NCBI GenBank assembly: GCA_051252375.1 | Contig: JBPOFY010000001.1 | Coordinates: 128,001-192,000, forward strand | Source: Opitutaceae bacterium | Lineage (GTDB): Bacteria; Verrucomicrobiota; Verrucomicrobiia; Opitutales; Coraliomargaritaceae | Length of the DNA stretch: 64,000 nucleotides | Direction of reading: 5' to 3' | Program-made: the position numbers and the translations under genes | The notes under the pieces: model-generated | Database searches by the model: none | Told to the model about the DNA's origin: nothing | What the model saw: the letters and a program-made list of their open reading frames with translations, nothing else | In this document: positions 41,472 through 51,511 of the stretch, one piece after another | Position numbering within the stretch: the first letter of the stretch is position 1 | How the letters are laid out: each line of letters opens with the position of its first letter

Positions 41472-41506
41472 TAAGAACAGGAAGCCGCCGAAACGGCGAC
41501 TTCCTG
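41472..41506 (-). terminator. Probable intrinsic terminator after the secretin gene
   Basis: Minus strand CAGGAAGTCGCCG-TTT-CGGCGGCTTCCTG then TTCTTA; 13-bp stem with one G-U, imperfect U tail. Confidence 0.75.
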
Positions 41507-41533
41507 CAAAGGGGGAATCATGACTGATCTGTT

Positions 41534-44278
41534 TTATTCAGAAGCAGCTGCATCAATTGAGCGATTTGCAGCGCCAGCAGGAGTCATGATAGTTGGATTC
41601 TGGAACAGTGAATTTGCACTCACGTTACGATAATTCTGACGAGCAGGTGAGCCACCTGGGCTGACCAAGTTCGCAGTAACAAAGATCAAAAGGTTACGCT
41701 TTTGGCGTGTTTCACCCTCTGAACGGAAGAGGCGACCAAGACCTGGGATATCACCCAATACTGGCACCTTGTCGTTTACAGTCTTCACTTCATCGCGAGT
41801 CAAACCACCCATCACAACAGTCGCACCATCAAAGACGGTCACTTCTGTCGAGATTTCACGAGTGGAGAAGACGGGCTGGTAGAAGCCTGCAGGCACAGTG
41901 ACTGTAATACCACCGGTAACGGCAACACTTGGACCACCATACTCAACAAATCCTTCAAACTCAGTCACACGCGGCTCGAGAATCAAGCTAATGGTATCGT
42001 CATTTTCAACGTTCGGTGTTACTGACATCTCGACACCAATATTACGTGTTACGAAATCTTGAGGTGTGCCCGCTGTGATCGCAACCGCAGAACCTGCGGA
42101 GTCTCCGTTAGTGCTAGTACCACCGCCACTACGACCCACATCCGCTTCGATATCGCCGAAGCTTTCAGGGTAACGCAACTCTTGTGCGACTGTAATGGTT
42201 GCACGTTTGCCGGAAAGCACTGTCACCTTCGGGGCACTCATCAAATCGCTACCCACTTTACGGGATAAAGCACGGATCGCCAGATCCACATCGTAGCCGT
42301 TGAGCGACCATCCTGTGGCTGTGAACAAGCTCGAAGCGGAGGAAGCAAGATCAATAGCAGATGCGATGTCAGGTGCAGAATTATCAGCAACGACAGCGCC
42401 ATTAATTGTAATCGCGGAGTTATCTGAACTGATACCAAATGCATCGTTTAGACTGCGATTGTTGCCTGTGCTACCATTTCTGGCATATTCACCAGTTGGA
42501 TTGCCAAAGCTGTCTGCAATGGGGAAACCACCATCACTATACTGATTGAAGCCATCGCCAACAGTCCAGTCAAAGCCGACCTCTTCGAGATCGTTCTGCG
42601 TGACTTCAAGGAACTTCGCTTCGATTTCAACTTGCTTCACTTCATTGTAGTTACGAAGGATGATACGCATGCGCTCCAAGTTACGACGAGTTTGTGTAAC
42701 GATCAGTTGCTCACCATCGAAAGCGAGGCTGGTGCCTGCAACCTCGAAGTTAACACCTGCACTTTGGAAGAAACCTTGAAGGGCTTCGACTTCGTCAGTT
42801 GCAGAAGGACCGCCACCACCACCACCGGATGACGGCGGAGCAAATGGATCAACAGGGCCGGAAGAACCGCTGCCACCGCCATCACGGAAGCCAGTCAAAC
42901 GGATAACAGTTGCACGTGAAATCGGGAAGAACTCAGTAACTGTTGTTGAGCTACCGTCGATTGAGTCGCTTGGCGCAACAGTGACAGCGTCGTCGCCAAT
43001 GTCGTAATTGAAATTCACCTGTTGCGTAACGAATTGCAGGATACGGTCCAAGCTGAGGTTACGCAGGCTGATGTTTACGCGTGGGTTCTTTTCATTCGGA
43101 TCGAAAAGTGGCACGATGTTCACACCTTCTTTTTCGTCGTCATATTCAAGAGAAAGCTCAGAGAGCGTCTCGATAACACGAGTCAGTTCCATCCCGGAGA
43201 AGTTCACCTGTGGAATGACGATTGAGTTCATCTTTTGAGCCGTCTTACTCACGCCCGTGCCCTTACCCGGCTCTTTAACGGAAACGTCAAAGACCTTAGG
43301 ACGTTCCCAGCTTTGGTCGACCTCTGTGAGCATTTGCTCACGAGTCTTGTAGAAATTTTGCTTGTGCACACGACCTAGGATCTCAGCGATCTTGGTTTGG
43401 AATAGCTTGGCTTCCGGGTTGTTTGCATCACGTGCTTCCACTTCACGGAAAGTAGCGGATGCACCGTCATAGTCGCCATTCAAGTATTGAGCACGGCCAC
43501 GAGTCAGTAGGTCGCGAATGATTTTGCTTTGAGCAACATACTCTGGGCTGATCGAGTTGATATCCAATGCATACGGATCGGAAATACCCTTATTCAACTT
43601 GTTCTCCAAAGAGCGTGCTTTGGATTCGCTGCCTCCAGCGGCACGGTAAGTGTTAACAAGCTCTTCTGCGCCTTTCAGGTCGCCGGCATCAGCCATAGCT
43701 TTAGCTTCGGTAAGAATCACATTGGACTTCGCATCATCAATAGCATCGAGTGTGCTTGCTGTGGAAGTGCTACGTGTGAGGCTTGATGCAGCAGAGCTGA
43801 GCAAGCTGTTCGCATCTGAATAAGCACCTAATTTAACAAGCTTATCAGCTTCAGTAAGTGCATTCTTGGCAGCAGCCAACTTTTCAGATTGAGAAGCGGC
43901 AGCGGCAGCGGCGAGTGCATCAGCACCTGTTGCGCCGGACGTTGCTTGCATCGCTTCTTCAGCGCTCGCGTTTGGAGCTTGGCCATAAACAGCAGCACCA
44001 CCGTTACGGCGGTCCATTTCGTTATTGATGGAAGCGAGCAAGCGCTGGACGTTTTCGTCATTAGGAGCAATCTTGATCAGCTCCTCGGCTTTTGCCTTAG
44101 CAGTCTCGAGATTCCCGGAATCACGAGCACGCAGGGTTTCAGCCATCAGACGAATCTTCTCAGGCGTGCTTTGCGCGTCGACCGTGTGAGGGGCGATAAA
44201 TGTAAATGATCCAAGCGCACCAGCCATAAGAATGGCGGAAATGCGCATGCGTGCTGCGAGGTATTTTTTCATAATCAA
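41534..44278 (-). CDS. Secretin (PilQ/GspD-like, Amuc_1098-type) with N-terminal TPR-like region
   Basis: Signal peptide; KQVEIEAKFLEV, LMSAPKVTVLSG, NIGVEMSVTP, VFDGATVVMGGL, KVPVLGDIPGLGRLFRS, LLIFVTA. Confidence 0.93.
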   Translation of the reverse strand: MIMKKYLAARMRISAILMAGALGSFTFIAPHTVDAQSTPEKIRLMAETLRARDSGNLETAKAKAEELIKIAPNDENVQRLLASINNEMDRRNGGAAVYGQAPNASAEEAMQATSGATGADALAAAAAASQSEKLAAAKNALTEADKLVKLGAYSDANSLLSSAASSLTRSTSTASTLDAIDDAKSNVILTEAKAMADAGDLKGAEELVNTYRAAGGSESKARSLENKLNKGISDPYALDINSISPEYVAQSKIIRDLLTRGRAQYLNGDYDGASATFREVEARDANNPEAKLFQTKIAEILGRVHKQNFYKTREQMLTEVDQSWERPKVFDVSVKEPGKGTGVSKTAQKMNSIVIPQVNFSGMELTRVIETLSELSLEYDDEKEGVNIVPLFDPNEKNPRVNISLRNLSLDRILQFVTQQVNFNYDIGDDAVTVAPSDSIDGSSTTVTEFFPISRATVIRLTGFRDGGGSGSSGPVDPFAPPSSGGGGGGPSATDEVEALQGFFQSAGVNFEVAGTSLAFDGEQLIVTQTRRNLERMRIILRNYNEVKQVEIEAKFLEVTQNDLEEVGFDWTVGDGFNQYSDGGFPIADSFGNPTGEYARNGSTGNNRSLNDAFGISSDNSAITINGAVVADNSAPDIASAIDLASSASSLFTATGWSLNGYDVDLAIRALSRKVGSDLMSAPKVTVLSGKRATITVAQELRYPESFGDIEADVGRSGGGTSTNGDSAGSAVAITAGTPQDFVTRNIGVEMSVTPNVENDDTISLILEPRVTEFEGFVEYGGPSVAVTGGITVTVPAGFYQPVFSTREISTEVTVFDGATVVMGGLTRDEVKTVNDKVPVLGDIPGLGRLFRSEGETRQKRNLLIFVTANLVSPGGSPARQNYRNVSANSLFQNPTIMTPAGAANRSIDAAASE

Positions 44279-44312
44279 TTTCGGGAGTCGTGTTGTTTGT
44301 TAAAAGTTAGAT

Positions 44313-45215
44313 CTAAAAATCAATGCTAAAGGAGCCATCATCAAATGTGGCTTCTACTGCGGGGGTTGCGGGATTACTTATGGCTTGAGGGGCGGGCTTA
44401 CTAGTTTGCACGGAAAACACTTTTGTCTCCGCTTCACGTTCTTCATCCCCTTGTTTCTTCACTGTTACGGTCAATTCTTCAAGGTTAATTTGCTCTAGAG
44501 TATATTGACCCAGTGGAGTCTCAAATGCCTGGCCTTCCTTATTAAGTAAGACACGGACAGATGGGTCCTCTTTTGAAGCGATAGTAATGTCAATGGCTTC
44601 GACCATCAGACGCTCTCCGTGCTTCAGGGTAATTTCCTCATCCGTGCGTAGGTCTTGAATCTTAACAGTGGCTACTTTCTGAATATTTCCAGCGCCATCG
44701 CGAATACGCTCCACGTTGAAATCAATGACTTTAAACTCAGACTTTGCAACTTCTCGCCCGATACGAGTGCGGATACGCTGATCCAACTCTTCATCGAAGA
44801 GCAAAATCAACACTTTGGTCGGATCATCACGATCCTCCTCCACATAGCCTTCGATTTGGATGCGATATGGCTTGTTAGTTGTAAACTCAGCAAGATAGAC
44901 CCCGAATGGAGGTCCCTTCACGGGTGCCTTAATCGGAACATCCGTCAGCTGACCATTTGCATCAATATATATTTTAGGTGGCGTGAAGACGTCATACACC
45001 CAACCGGTAGATTGCTCTGTCGCCTCAGGCCAAGTAACTTGGATGTCAGTAGATGTTGGCACAGGAATGACCAAGTAGGCATCTCCTGTGGTCTCAGTAG
45101 AGATCGTCGGCTTACCTGGTGGGACAGCACCGGATTTAACGACATATAATCCCACTCCCGCGAGGAGTGCCAATACGGCCAGTGCTAATACAAGCTTATC
45201 GTAAACTTTATTCAT
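44313..45215 (-). CDS. Pilus-system protein, Amuc_1099-like (PilP-position)
   Basis: N-terminal TM, FTPPKIY; called mainly on position between the Amuc_1100-like gene and the secretin. Confidence 0.6.
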   Translation of the reverse strand: MNKVYDKLVLALAVLALLAGVGLYVVKSGAVPPGKPTISTETTGDAYLVIPVPTSTDIQVTWPEATEQSTGWVYDVFTPPKIYIDANGQLTDVPIKAPVKGPPFGVYLAEFTTNKPYRIQIEGYVEEDRDDPTKVLILLFDEELDQRIRTRIGREVAKSEFKVIDFNVERIRDGAGNIQKVATVKIQDLRTDEEITLKHGERLMVEAIDITIASKEDPSVRVLLNKEGQAFETPLGQYTLEQINLEELTVTVKKQGDEEREAETKVFSVQTSKPAPQAISNPATPAVEATFDDGSFSIDF

Positions 45216-45221
45216 GCGGGT

Positions 45222-46202
45222 CTAAGAAGGGTTATTCTCCGATTCGGAAGGGATGATAATTTCAATAAATTCGAGAACGACCGTAAAAGTCGAAATATTC
45301 TCTGAGATAACAGGCTTTTGGTCTTCTTTGGGCTCCTCTGCTGAAGCTGGCGAAGTGCCACCAAAGCCGCCGAATAGGTCTTCGAGACCGCCGCCGCTTG
45401 GCTTTGCAACCGCAACGGTTTCACTGCCTTGCGGACGATCCACTTCAATACTTCGAACGACAATAGGCAGATCGAATTGAGCAAGACTGTTTATAAATAT
45501 ACGAAGCGAATCGGTGTAACCTTGGAAAGTGATACTAAAGGCAAGCGTGTCGATGGCGCCAGGCACACGCGCAGAGATTGCTGAAGCGATCTTAAAGCCA
45601 GACTGGGCAGTGGCTTTAGCCTCTTTGCCGGTCTTCTTGACTTCAAGCAACTCACGCTCGACGGCTTTGATCGCAGTGGGATTAGCGGTGAGCAATTTAT
45701 CAAGCAGGTAGACCAAAATTTGACGCTGCTTATCCATGGCCATGTTCGCCTTCTTATCCTGAATGGGCTCTCCCTTTTCTAAATAGAGTTCAAAACCGAA
45801 TCCAAAATTTGATTCCGTCAGAGGTGTCACCTCTCCCTCGGCATCAGTAAAGGTCGCCGCGCGGCGCTGGTATTCAGAGAGAAATTGCTGAATCGATGAC
45901 ATAACGCGGACACCATCCCGCGAAACAGTCATCTGAGAGCCGCGTTGCAGATTCAAGCGAATCTTCTCCAGCTCGTCCACCAAGTCGGCGACATTCTGTT
46001 CGGCTGCGGCAACGTTCTGAGCACTCGGCGCGGGCGAAGCCACAAGCAAATTCTTTAATTGAGCCTCAGCGCTATTAATTTTTTTCTGGGCTGAATCGAC
46101 CTTGCCAGCCTCAGCAAATGTGAGGTAAGCGCCCGCGGCAAATGCCAGCAGACAGATCAAGATCAGCAGAGATAAGGCTAGATTTTTCTTAATAAAATCC
46201 AT
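45222..46202 (-). CDS. Amuc_1100-like pilus-system protein (PilO-like)
   Basis: MDFIKKN plus TM, coiled coil with PS.QN, FGFGFE.Y, F.ITF.G....LR.FINSL..IVVRSIEV; synteny. Confidence 0.75.
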   Translation of the reverse strand: MDFIKKNLALSLLILICLLAFAAGAYLTFAEAGKVDSAQKKINSAEAQLKNLLVASPAPSAQNVAAAEQNVADLVDELEKIRLNLQRGSQMTVSRDGVRVMSSIQQFLSEYQRRAATFTDAEGEVTPLTESNFGFGFELYLEKGEPIQDKKANMAMDKQRQILVYLLDKLLTANPTAIKAVERELLEVKKTGKEAKATAQSGFKIASAISARVPGAIDTLAFSITFQGYTDSLRIFINSLAQFDLPIVVRSIEVDRPQGSETVAVAKPSGGGLEDLFGGFGGTSPASAEEPKEDQKPVISENISTFTVVLEFIEIIIPSESENNPS

Positions 46203-46207
46203 GATTA

Positions 46208-47875
46208 TTATAGTGGCTTAGCAGGGTCGACGACCAAGTTAATGCTAAAAGGGAGAACGGGCAGGCCTTCGCGAAGTCTCGTCCAAGTGAGAGTGGGGCC
46301 TACAGAGGAAACGACAAATTCAGATTCCTCAAAGCTAGATTGAAGGCCATTAATACGACGGGTAAGCACTTCTTCGTCGATAGCTGTTCCGCCTTCTACT
46401 TTATCGCGCACGAGCATTTGCCCCATGACTACGACTTCATACGAAGGCTTACCATCTTTCGACACCGCGCGGATAACTTTCAAATCATCCAGCCAAACAT
46501 CTTCAGCCGTCGTGAGACTCTCTTGGAGTTCAGCAAAAAACTGAATCCAATTCGTCTTCGAGTTGAGCAACCCTTCGACACGCTTGATAGAATCGCCTAG
46601 AGCTTTCGCTTTTTCGGCATTTTCTTGAATCGCCAACTTACGCCCTTGAATCGGAGCCACTTCAGCTTGAGTCGCACGAGCCACTTCCTCATAGCCAGCA
46701 CTCACTTGCTTATAAGCAACATAGGCCGGCCAAGGAGCCAAGGCGAACAATATGGCAGCCGCATATAGAAACGGCTTTTTCGCGGAGAATGCCATTTCGC
46801 TCTGAATGTCATCAGGCAGCAAATTGACACCTGCGCTATCTGGAAGCGAATTACGAACGGCCTCACCGATAATCTCACCGACTTGCAAGCGAAGCTCCTC
46901 CATCGGGATTGAGATGTCGGCATCCAAGGTGACACCTTGAAGTGGGTCGAAGTATTCAACCTCAATTTTTTGAGATGCTGCAAGTTTCTCTGCGAGCCCC
47001 GTCAACAAGGCACCGCGACCATTTAACAAAATGCGCTTCGGCGCATTGCCTTGCTTTTGTCGGCGATAATTGACGATCGAACGAGTAATTTCTTGGCTCA
47101 TCCGACGGATAAAAGAGTCCGCGCAAGTAGTTAGGAGCTTACCTCCGGAGTCATCATCCGAGTAGCTAGAGTCATCACCGAAGAACTTGTGCTTCACCTC
47201 TTGCGCTTGGGCAAATGGCTTACCGATGCTATCGGCGATATTTTGCGTGAGTGTATTACCACCAAGTGCAATGTTCCGCACAAAGAATTCATCTCCGTTA
47301 CAGAACAACAAGTTGGTAGAACGCGCACCGACATTAATCAGCAGCACATCCTCAGTCTGCCCCGGATATGCGAACTGAAGTGCATTAAAATCAAGCACTG
47401 TAGCGGCACTAATTGCCTCAACTACTAATCCTGCAGATGCAACACTGCGGCAGATGTCATCAATCGTGTTCGACTTACAAGCGATAAAAAGAACCTCGGT
47501 CTCAACACCATCGTCGCCGACCACTTGGCTATCCCAAACTACTTCGTGCAATGGATAAGGGATGTTCTGTTGCGCTTCAAAGGCTATCACCTGAGCACGT
47601 TTTGACTCATCCACATTGGCAATACGAATGGTCTTAGTCAGGACCTGATTGCCAGGAATAATTATAGTCGCCTTACCGGAAAGCTTATGGGTGCGAGCTA
47701 AGGCTTGAAGCGCATCACCTACGGCGCCGACCCAAGCATCGTCATTCGAGTAATCGTATTGAAGACGCTCGTAGACAAGCTTGTCGATTTGAAAGCCGTT
47801 ACCCTGTGAAGACACATAGGCAGCGGTGACGCGACTCGCCCCGCAATTAATAATCAATCGTTTTGAATTACTCAT
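46208..47875 (-). CDS. pilM: PilM-like actin-fold ATPase fused to PilN-like region (Amuc_1101-type)
   Basis: NCGAS, FEAQQNIPYPL.EVVWD, INVGARSTN, GGNTLT, EITRSI; then VNLLP, a TM and VWLD (PilN-like). Confidence 0.85.
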   Translation of the reverse strand: MSNSKRLIINCGASRVTAAYVSSQGNGFQIDKLVYERLQYDYSNDDAWVGAVGDALQALARTHKLSGKATIIIPGNQVLTKTIRIANVDESKRAQVIAFEAQQNIPYPLHEVVWDSQVVGDDGVETEVLFIACKSNTIDDICRSVASAGLVVEAISAATVLDFNALQFAYPGQTEDVLLINVGARSTNLLFCNGDEFFVRNIALGGNTLTQNIADSIGKPFAQAQEVKHKFFGDDSSYSDDDSGGKLLTTCADSFIRRMSQEITRSIVNYRRQKQGNAPKRILLNGRGALLTGLAEKLAASQKIEVEYFDPLQGVTLDADISIPMEELRLQVGEIIGEAVRNSLPDSAGVNLLPDDIQSEMAFSAKKPFLYAAAILFALAPWPAYVAYKQVSAGYEEVARATQAEVAPIQGRKLAIQENAEKAKALGDSIKRVEGLLNSKTNWIQFFAELQESLTTAEDVWLDDLKVIRAVSKDGKPSYEVVVMGQMLVRDKVEGGTAIDEEVLTRRINGLQSSFEESEFVVSSVGPTLTWTRLREGLPVLPFSINLVVDPAKPL

Positions 47876-47920
47876 GTATTCTGTTTCTTATAAATAGTGT
47901 TGTCGTCAAGGAGCACCACA

Positions 47921-48505
47921 CTACTTGCGGACATCGCGACGCAAGAACGTAGGCATGTCGCTGATGCGTCCAAGGTATTCTGCAGGACAAAAATAGACAG
48001 GCATCAATAAGTGCTCGTTTTGACCCGTTGCGTTAGAAGTAAATGTAGTCAGAGCTGGAAGATTTGGGATATTCGGGCTAAACGCCTTAGAACCTTTACG
48101 GGGTGGCTGCACAGCCCCCTTCACTGAGACTTCAACATAGTAATACTTTGGCTCTTGAGGCTGAATCTGGTCGCGCTCAACAATCAAGCCAGGGAGATAA
48201 AAATAAACGTTATAATTCTCGCCCTTCTCCATGATGACGATCTCTAACTCAGAGGAATAATAATCAAACGTTTCGGCATACTTGCTCTCATACGCGAGAT
48301 ACACTTTCACTTTAATTTCTTCAACGTATCGAGAGTCGCGCGCATCCGGCAGTTTATTATCACCACAATTCAATTCGATCTCCATCTGGATCCAATCATC
48401 GTCGGTCTTATTAAAATCGACTTTCTTTACCTCTACAGCCTCTTGGGCAAATGCAGTGATCGCGGAGACGATAAATATAAATATAGGGTATAAAGTTTTT
48501 TTCAT
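47921..48505 (-). CDS. Exported pilus-system protein, Amuc_1102-like
   Basis: Signal peptide (AFA-QE); W.Q.E.E, V.VYL, FYLP; first gene of the cluster (synteny). Confidence 0.6.
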   Translation of the reverse strand: MKKTLYPIFIFIVSAITAFAQEAVEVKKVDFNKTDDDWIQMEIELNCGDNKLPDARDSRYVEEIKVKVYLAYESKYAETFDYYSSELEIVIMEKGENYNVYFYLPGLIVERDQIQPQEPKYYYVEVSVKGAVQPPRKGSKAFSPNIPNLPALTTFTSNATGQNEHLLMPVYFCPAEYLGRISDMPTFLRRDVRK

Positions 48506-48698
48506 AACAGTTTATGGGGAATGACTGGTATTCGTGCTGAATACGGGTATGAACCTTAGACAGTTACGTGCCTGTCAGACGTATAGCAAACCATTTTTGC
48601 CCCAGTTTACCAATTTAACGTATATTTTGAGGCACTAATTAATATTATATAGAAAATTGATTTGCGATTCACTCTATCCCGCAAAAATTTCACCCCCC

Positions 48699-49196
48699 AT
48701 GGCTTCTCCTTTACCATACAAAATCAGTGCGTTGGTCTTCGTGCAAAACACCGCCGGCGAACATCTACTAATTCAGCGCCGTAAAGCGCCAAATAAAGGC
48801 TGCTGGAGCCCAATCGGCGGCAAGTTAGATATGAGCACGGGCGAATCTCCTTACGAGTGTGCACGCCGAGAAATTGCCGAGGAAATTGGGCTGACCACGA
48901 CCGACCAAGATCTACACTGCTTCGGCTACATCGCCGAAAAGAGTTATGAAGGTGCCGGGCATTGGCTGATGTTTTTATTCGACTGCACCAAGCGCATCGA
49001 AAAATTACCCTCCACCATCGACGAGGGGCACTTCGCTTTTTATTCACGGATCGCAATCGACACCCTCGCGATTCCTGAAACAGACAAAAGCCTCGTCTGG
49101 CCTTATTACGACCAGTTCCACAAGGGCTTCATCGGGCTACGTGCCGACTGCGCCACGGATGGGCAACTACAGATCATAGAAGAGCTCAAGCTCTAG
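48699..49196 (+). CDS. NUDIX hydrolase
   Basis: GGKLDMSTGESPYECARREIAEEIGL Nudix box; ATG 48699. Confidence 0.92.
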   Translation: MASPLPYKISALVFVQNTAGEHLLIQRRKAPNKGCWSPIGGKLDMSTGESPYECARREIAEEIGLTTTDQDLHCFGYIAEKSYEGAGHWLMFLFDCTKRIEKLPSTIDEGHFAFYSRIAIDTLAIPETDKSLVWPYYDQFHKGFIGLRADCATDGQLQIIEELKL

Positions 49197-49205
49197 AACT
49201 CAAAA

Positions 49206-50279
49206 TCAACCCGCGGGCTTAAAGCAGCCCGCCTGCACCTCGACGACGGACCATGACTCCGCATCCTGCGGCAATTCCGTCCCCGTCGCGATGATCTGGT
49301 AGTCCGCAGGGCAGGCTTTCCAGAACCCTGCCTTTCGGTGCGGGTCTAACTCACCCAACACATCGTCCGCAAGAATGACAGGCTTCAATCCGAGGCGATC
49401 ATGGAAAATACGCGCCTGAGCAATCCGCAAAGCCACGCACAGACCACGCTGTTGCCCGTCCGAGGCATACTCCCGCGCACCACCGATGGATAAGCACAAA
49501 TTGAAATCATCACGATGCGGCCCTTTTTGAGTGGAGCCCATCATTTCGTCGCGACGACGATTCTCATGAAGCAACTGACAGTATGAATCCGCATCTCCCA
49601 AAGGCACGCTGGGCTTAAAGTCGAGTTCCGGTCCCTCCTCTGCTTCAGCAATATCAGCATACACCTTGATCAAATGCTGGCGGATCACCTCCACCTCAGC
49701 GGCACGATGCTGCCCGACAAGCACGGCATATGGCGCGATTTCCGCCTCGAACGCAGACAGCTCCCCAGCAGAACCGCCTTTTTTCAATAAACGATTACGC
49801 TCGGCGACGCCTCGATGATAGTTACGCAGTGCATCATAATAGACGGGATCGACAGCCGAAAGCGTGAGGTCAACAAAGCGGCGGCGCTCAGCGGGAGCAC
49901 CTCGCAAGATCATCAAATCGCCCGCGCTCAATGGCACCACAGGAAAGCGCCCAATAAAATCTCCCAAGCGTGACACACGCTGACCATCGAGCTGCACCTT
50001 TCGCCCAGCGGAACCAGACTGCACCTCCAACTCCGTTCGCCCCAACGACTCATGCTCCACCGAGTATACCGCCGCAAAGCTAGACTCACCCTGCCTTGTC
50101 AGCGCAGACATACTTTGCGTCCGGAAAGAGCGCAGCGCCGTGACCAAGCCCAAAGCCTCTAATAAATTCGATTTCCCCTGCCCATTCGCACCGACTAAAA
50201 AACTACGGTCCGCCTGCAAATCCAGCTCCGCAAAAGCAATATTACGGAAATTCTGCAGACGAAGATAGTGGAAGCGCAT
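49206..50279 (-). CDS. recF: DNA replication/repair protein RecF
   Basis: NFRN, GANGQGKSNLLEA, ERRRFVD, GPHRDD, ASDGQQR, ILADDVLGELD. Confidence 0.95.
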   Translation of the reverse strand: MRFHYLRLQNFRNIAFAELDLQADRSFLVGANGQGKSNLLEALGLVTALRSFRTQSMSALTRQGESSFAAVYSVEHESLGRTELEVQSGSAGRKVQLDGQRVSRLGDFIGRFPVVPLSAGDLMILRGAPAERRRFVDLTLSAVDPVYYDALRNYHRGVAERNRLLKKGGSAGELSAFEAEIAPYAVLVGQHRAAEVEVIRQHLIKVYADIAEAEEGPELDFKPSVPLGDADSYCQLLHENRRRDEMMGSTQKGPHRDDFNLCLSIGGAREYASDGQQRGLCVALRIAQARIFHDRLGLKPVILADDVLGELDPHRKAGFWKACPADYQIIATGTELPQDAESWSVVEVQAGCFKPAG

Positions 50280-50294
50280 AATCGACTAGAACTG

Positions 50295-51449
50295 TTAAAT
50301 TGAAATAACTTGAGTGCCAGAGTCAGCCGCATCCGACTTCAAGGACTCATGGCTTTCGCAAATCGCCACGTGCAATGCTTGCCAATCTGCTTCTGCTGCA
50401 TCGTAGCCCGAGCTAATGCGCAAGACTCGGCGCATGGCAGATGAGTCGACCCCCATAGCAGCCAACACATGCGATGCGCCCTCCTTGCCAGTCGAGCACG
50501 CAGATCCTGCCGACACGTAGAAGCCACGCTTTTCCAACGCACGAATCCAGCGCTCACTCGCAAAGCTAGGCATTATGACCGAAACCGTATTGCACAAACA
50601 AACCGCGCCTTCGCCGAGAACTTGAGCAGCCGGCATCGCAGCTTTGAGTCCATCGATGAATTGCAGACGACCTGCGGCGCCTAGATGTCTCCTGTCGGTG
50701 ACCTTAAGCGCCTCCAACATTGCCATCACCCCAGCCACGTCCTCAGTGCCAGCGCGACGCCCCTGCTCTTGGGCACCTCCAAATGCGCTCGAAAACCCGC
50801 AAGCAGTCGCCGGCAAGACGAGGAAGCCCACACCGCGCGGACCACCGAATTTGTGCGCGCACCCGGTCAAATAATCACATGCGCCCAAGCCCTGCAGTGG
50901 CATTTTACCCACCCACTGTGACGCATCGCAGTGAAACGGACGTCCCTCTCGACGGCAGACCTGGGCGATCTCTGCCCAAGGGTTCAGCAAGCCAGTTTCA
51001 TTATTAGCTGCCATCACAGAAACCGCAGCGAGCGCACCCGTTTTTAGCAATTCTGATAAAGGTCCCACCGCCACCGCGCCCTGCGCATCCAGCGGCAACC
51101 AAGTCACACGATCACCAAAGTAATGCTTCGCCGCTTCAATCACACTCGGGTGCTCGGTCGGGCTCACGCCGACGACACTGCCTTGCGGCAAATGCTTCGC
51201 CCAATGCGCAAAGACTGCGTTATTTCCCTCCGTAGCACCGGAATTAAAAATCAATCGCTCGGGCGCCAACCCCAGCAATTCAGCCATAGCTCCACGGGCG
51301 GCTTCCAACTGCACATGCACTTGCGCAGCAGCGCGGTAAGGACTGGAGGGGTTGAGCCAACACGCTTCCGCGGCTTGGCTCCAAGTAGCCTGGGCCTCCG
51401 CCAACAGTGGCGTCGTCGCATTGTGATCAAAATAACCTTTCAAGTTCAT
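50295..51449 (-). CDS. Cysteine desulfurase family protein (IscS/NifS group I)
   Basis: YFDHNATTP, SGATEGNN, EHPSV, ANNETG, HCDASQ, AHKFGGP.G, RAGTE, SAGSAC. Confidence 0.93.
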   Translation of the reverse strand: MNLKGYFDHNATTPLLAEAQATWSQAAEACWLNPSSPYRAAAQVHVQLEAARGAMAELLGLAPERLIFNSGATEGNNAVFAHWAKHLPQGSVVGVSPTEHPSVIEAAKHYFGDRVTWLPLDAQGAVAVGPLSELLKTGALAAVSVMAANNETGLLNPWAEIAQVCRREGRPFHCDASQWVGKMPLQGLGACDYLTGCAHKFGGPRGVGFLVLPATACGFSSAFGGAQEQGRRAGTEDVAGVMAMLEALKVTDRRHLGAAGRLQFIDGLKAAMPAAQVLGEGAVCLCNTVSVIMPSFASERWIRALEKRGFYVSAGSACSTGKEGASHVLAAMGVDSSAMRRVLRISSGYDAAEADWQALHVAICESHESLKSDAADSGTQVISI

Positions 51450-51511
51450 CAACGCAGCATCGTAGTTATGATCGTGAAAGCGTCAATCGGAGCCGCAGAG
51501 AATCGAATCAC

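Noticed and set aside
48584..48605. Possible sigma54 promoter upstream of the pilus cluster (GGC..TTTGC on -)
   Set aside because: GG-to-GC spacing is 12 nt, not the required 10.
49206..50279. recF as a marker of the replication origin
   Set aside because: No dnaA, dnaN or gyrB nearby and no DnaA-box cluster noticed.
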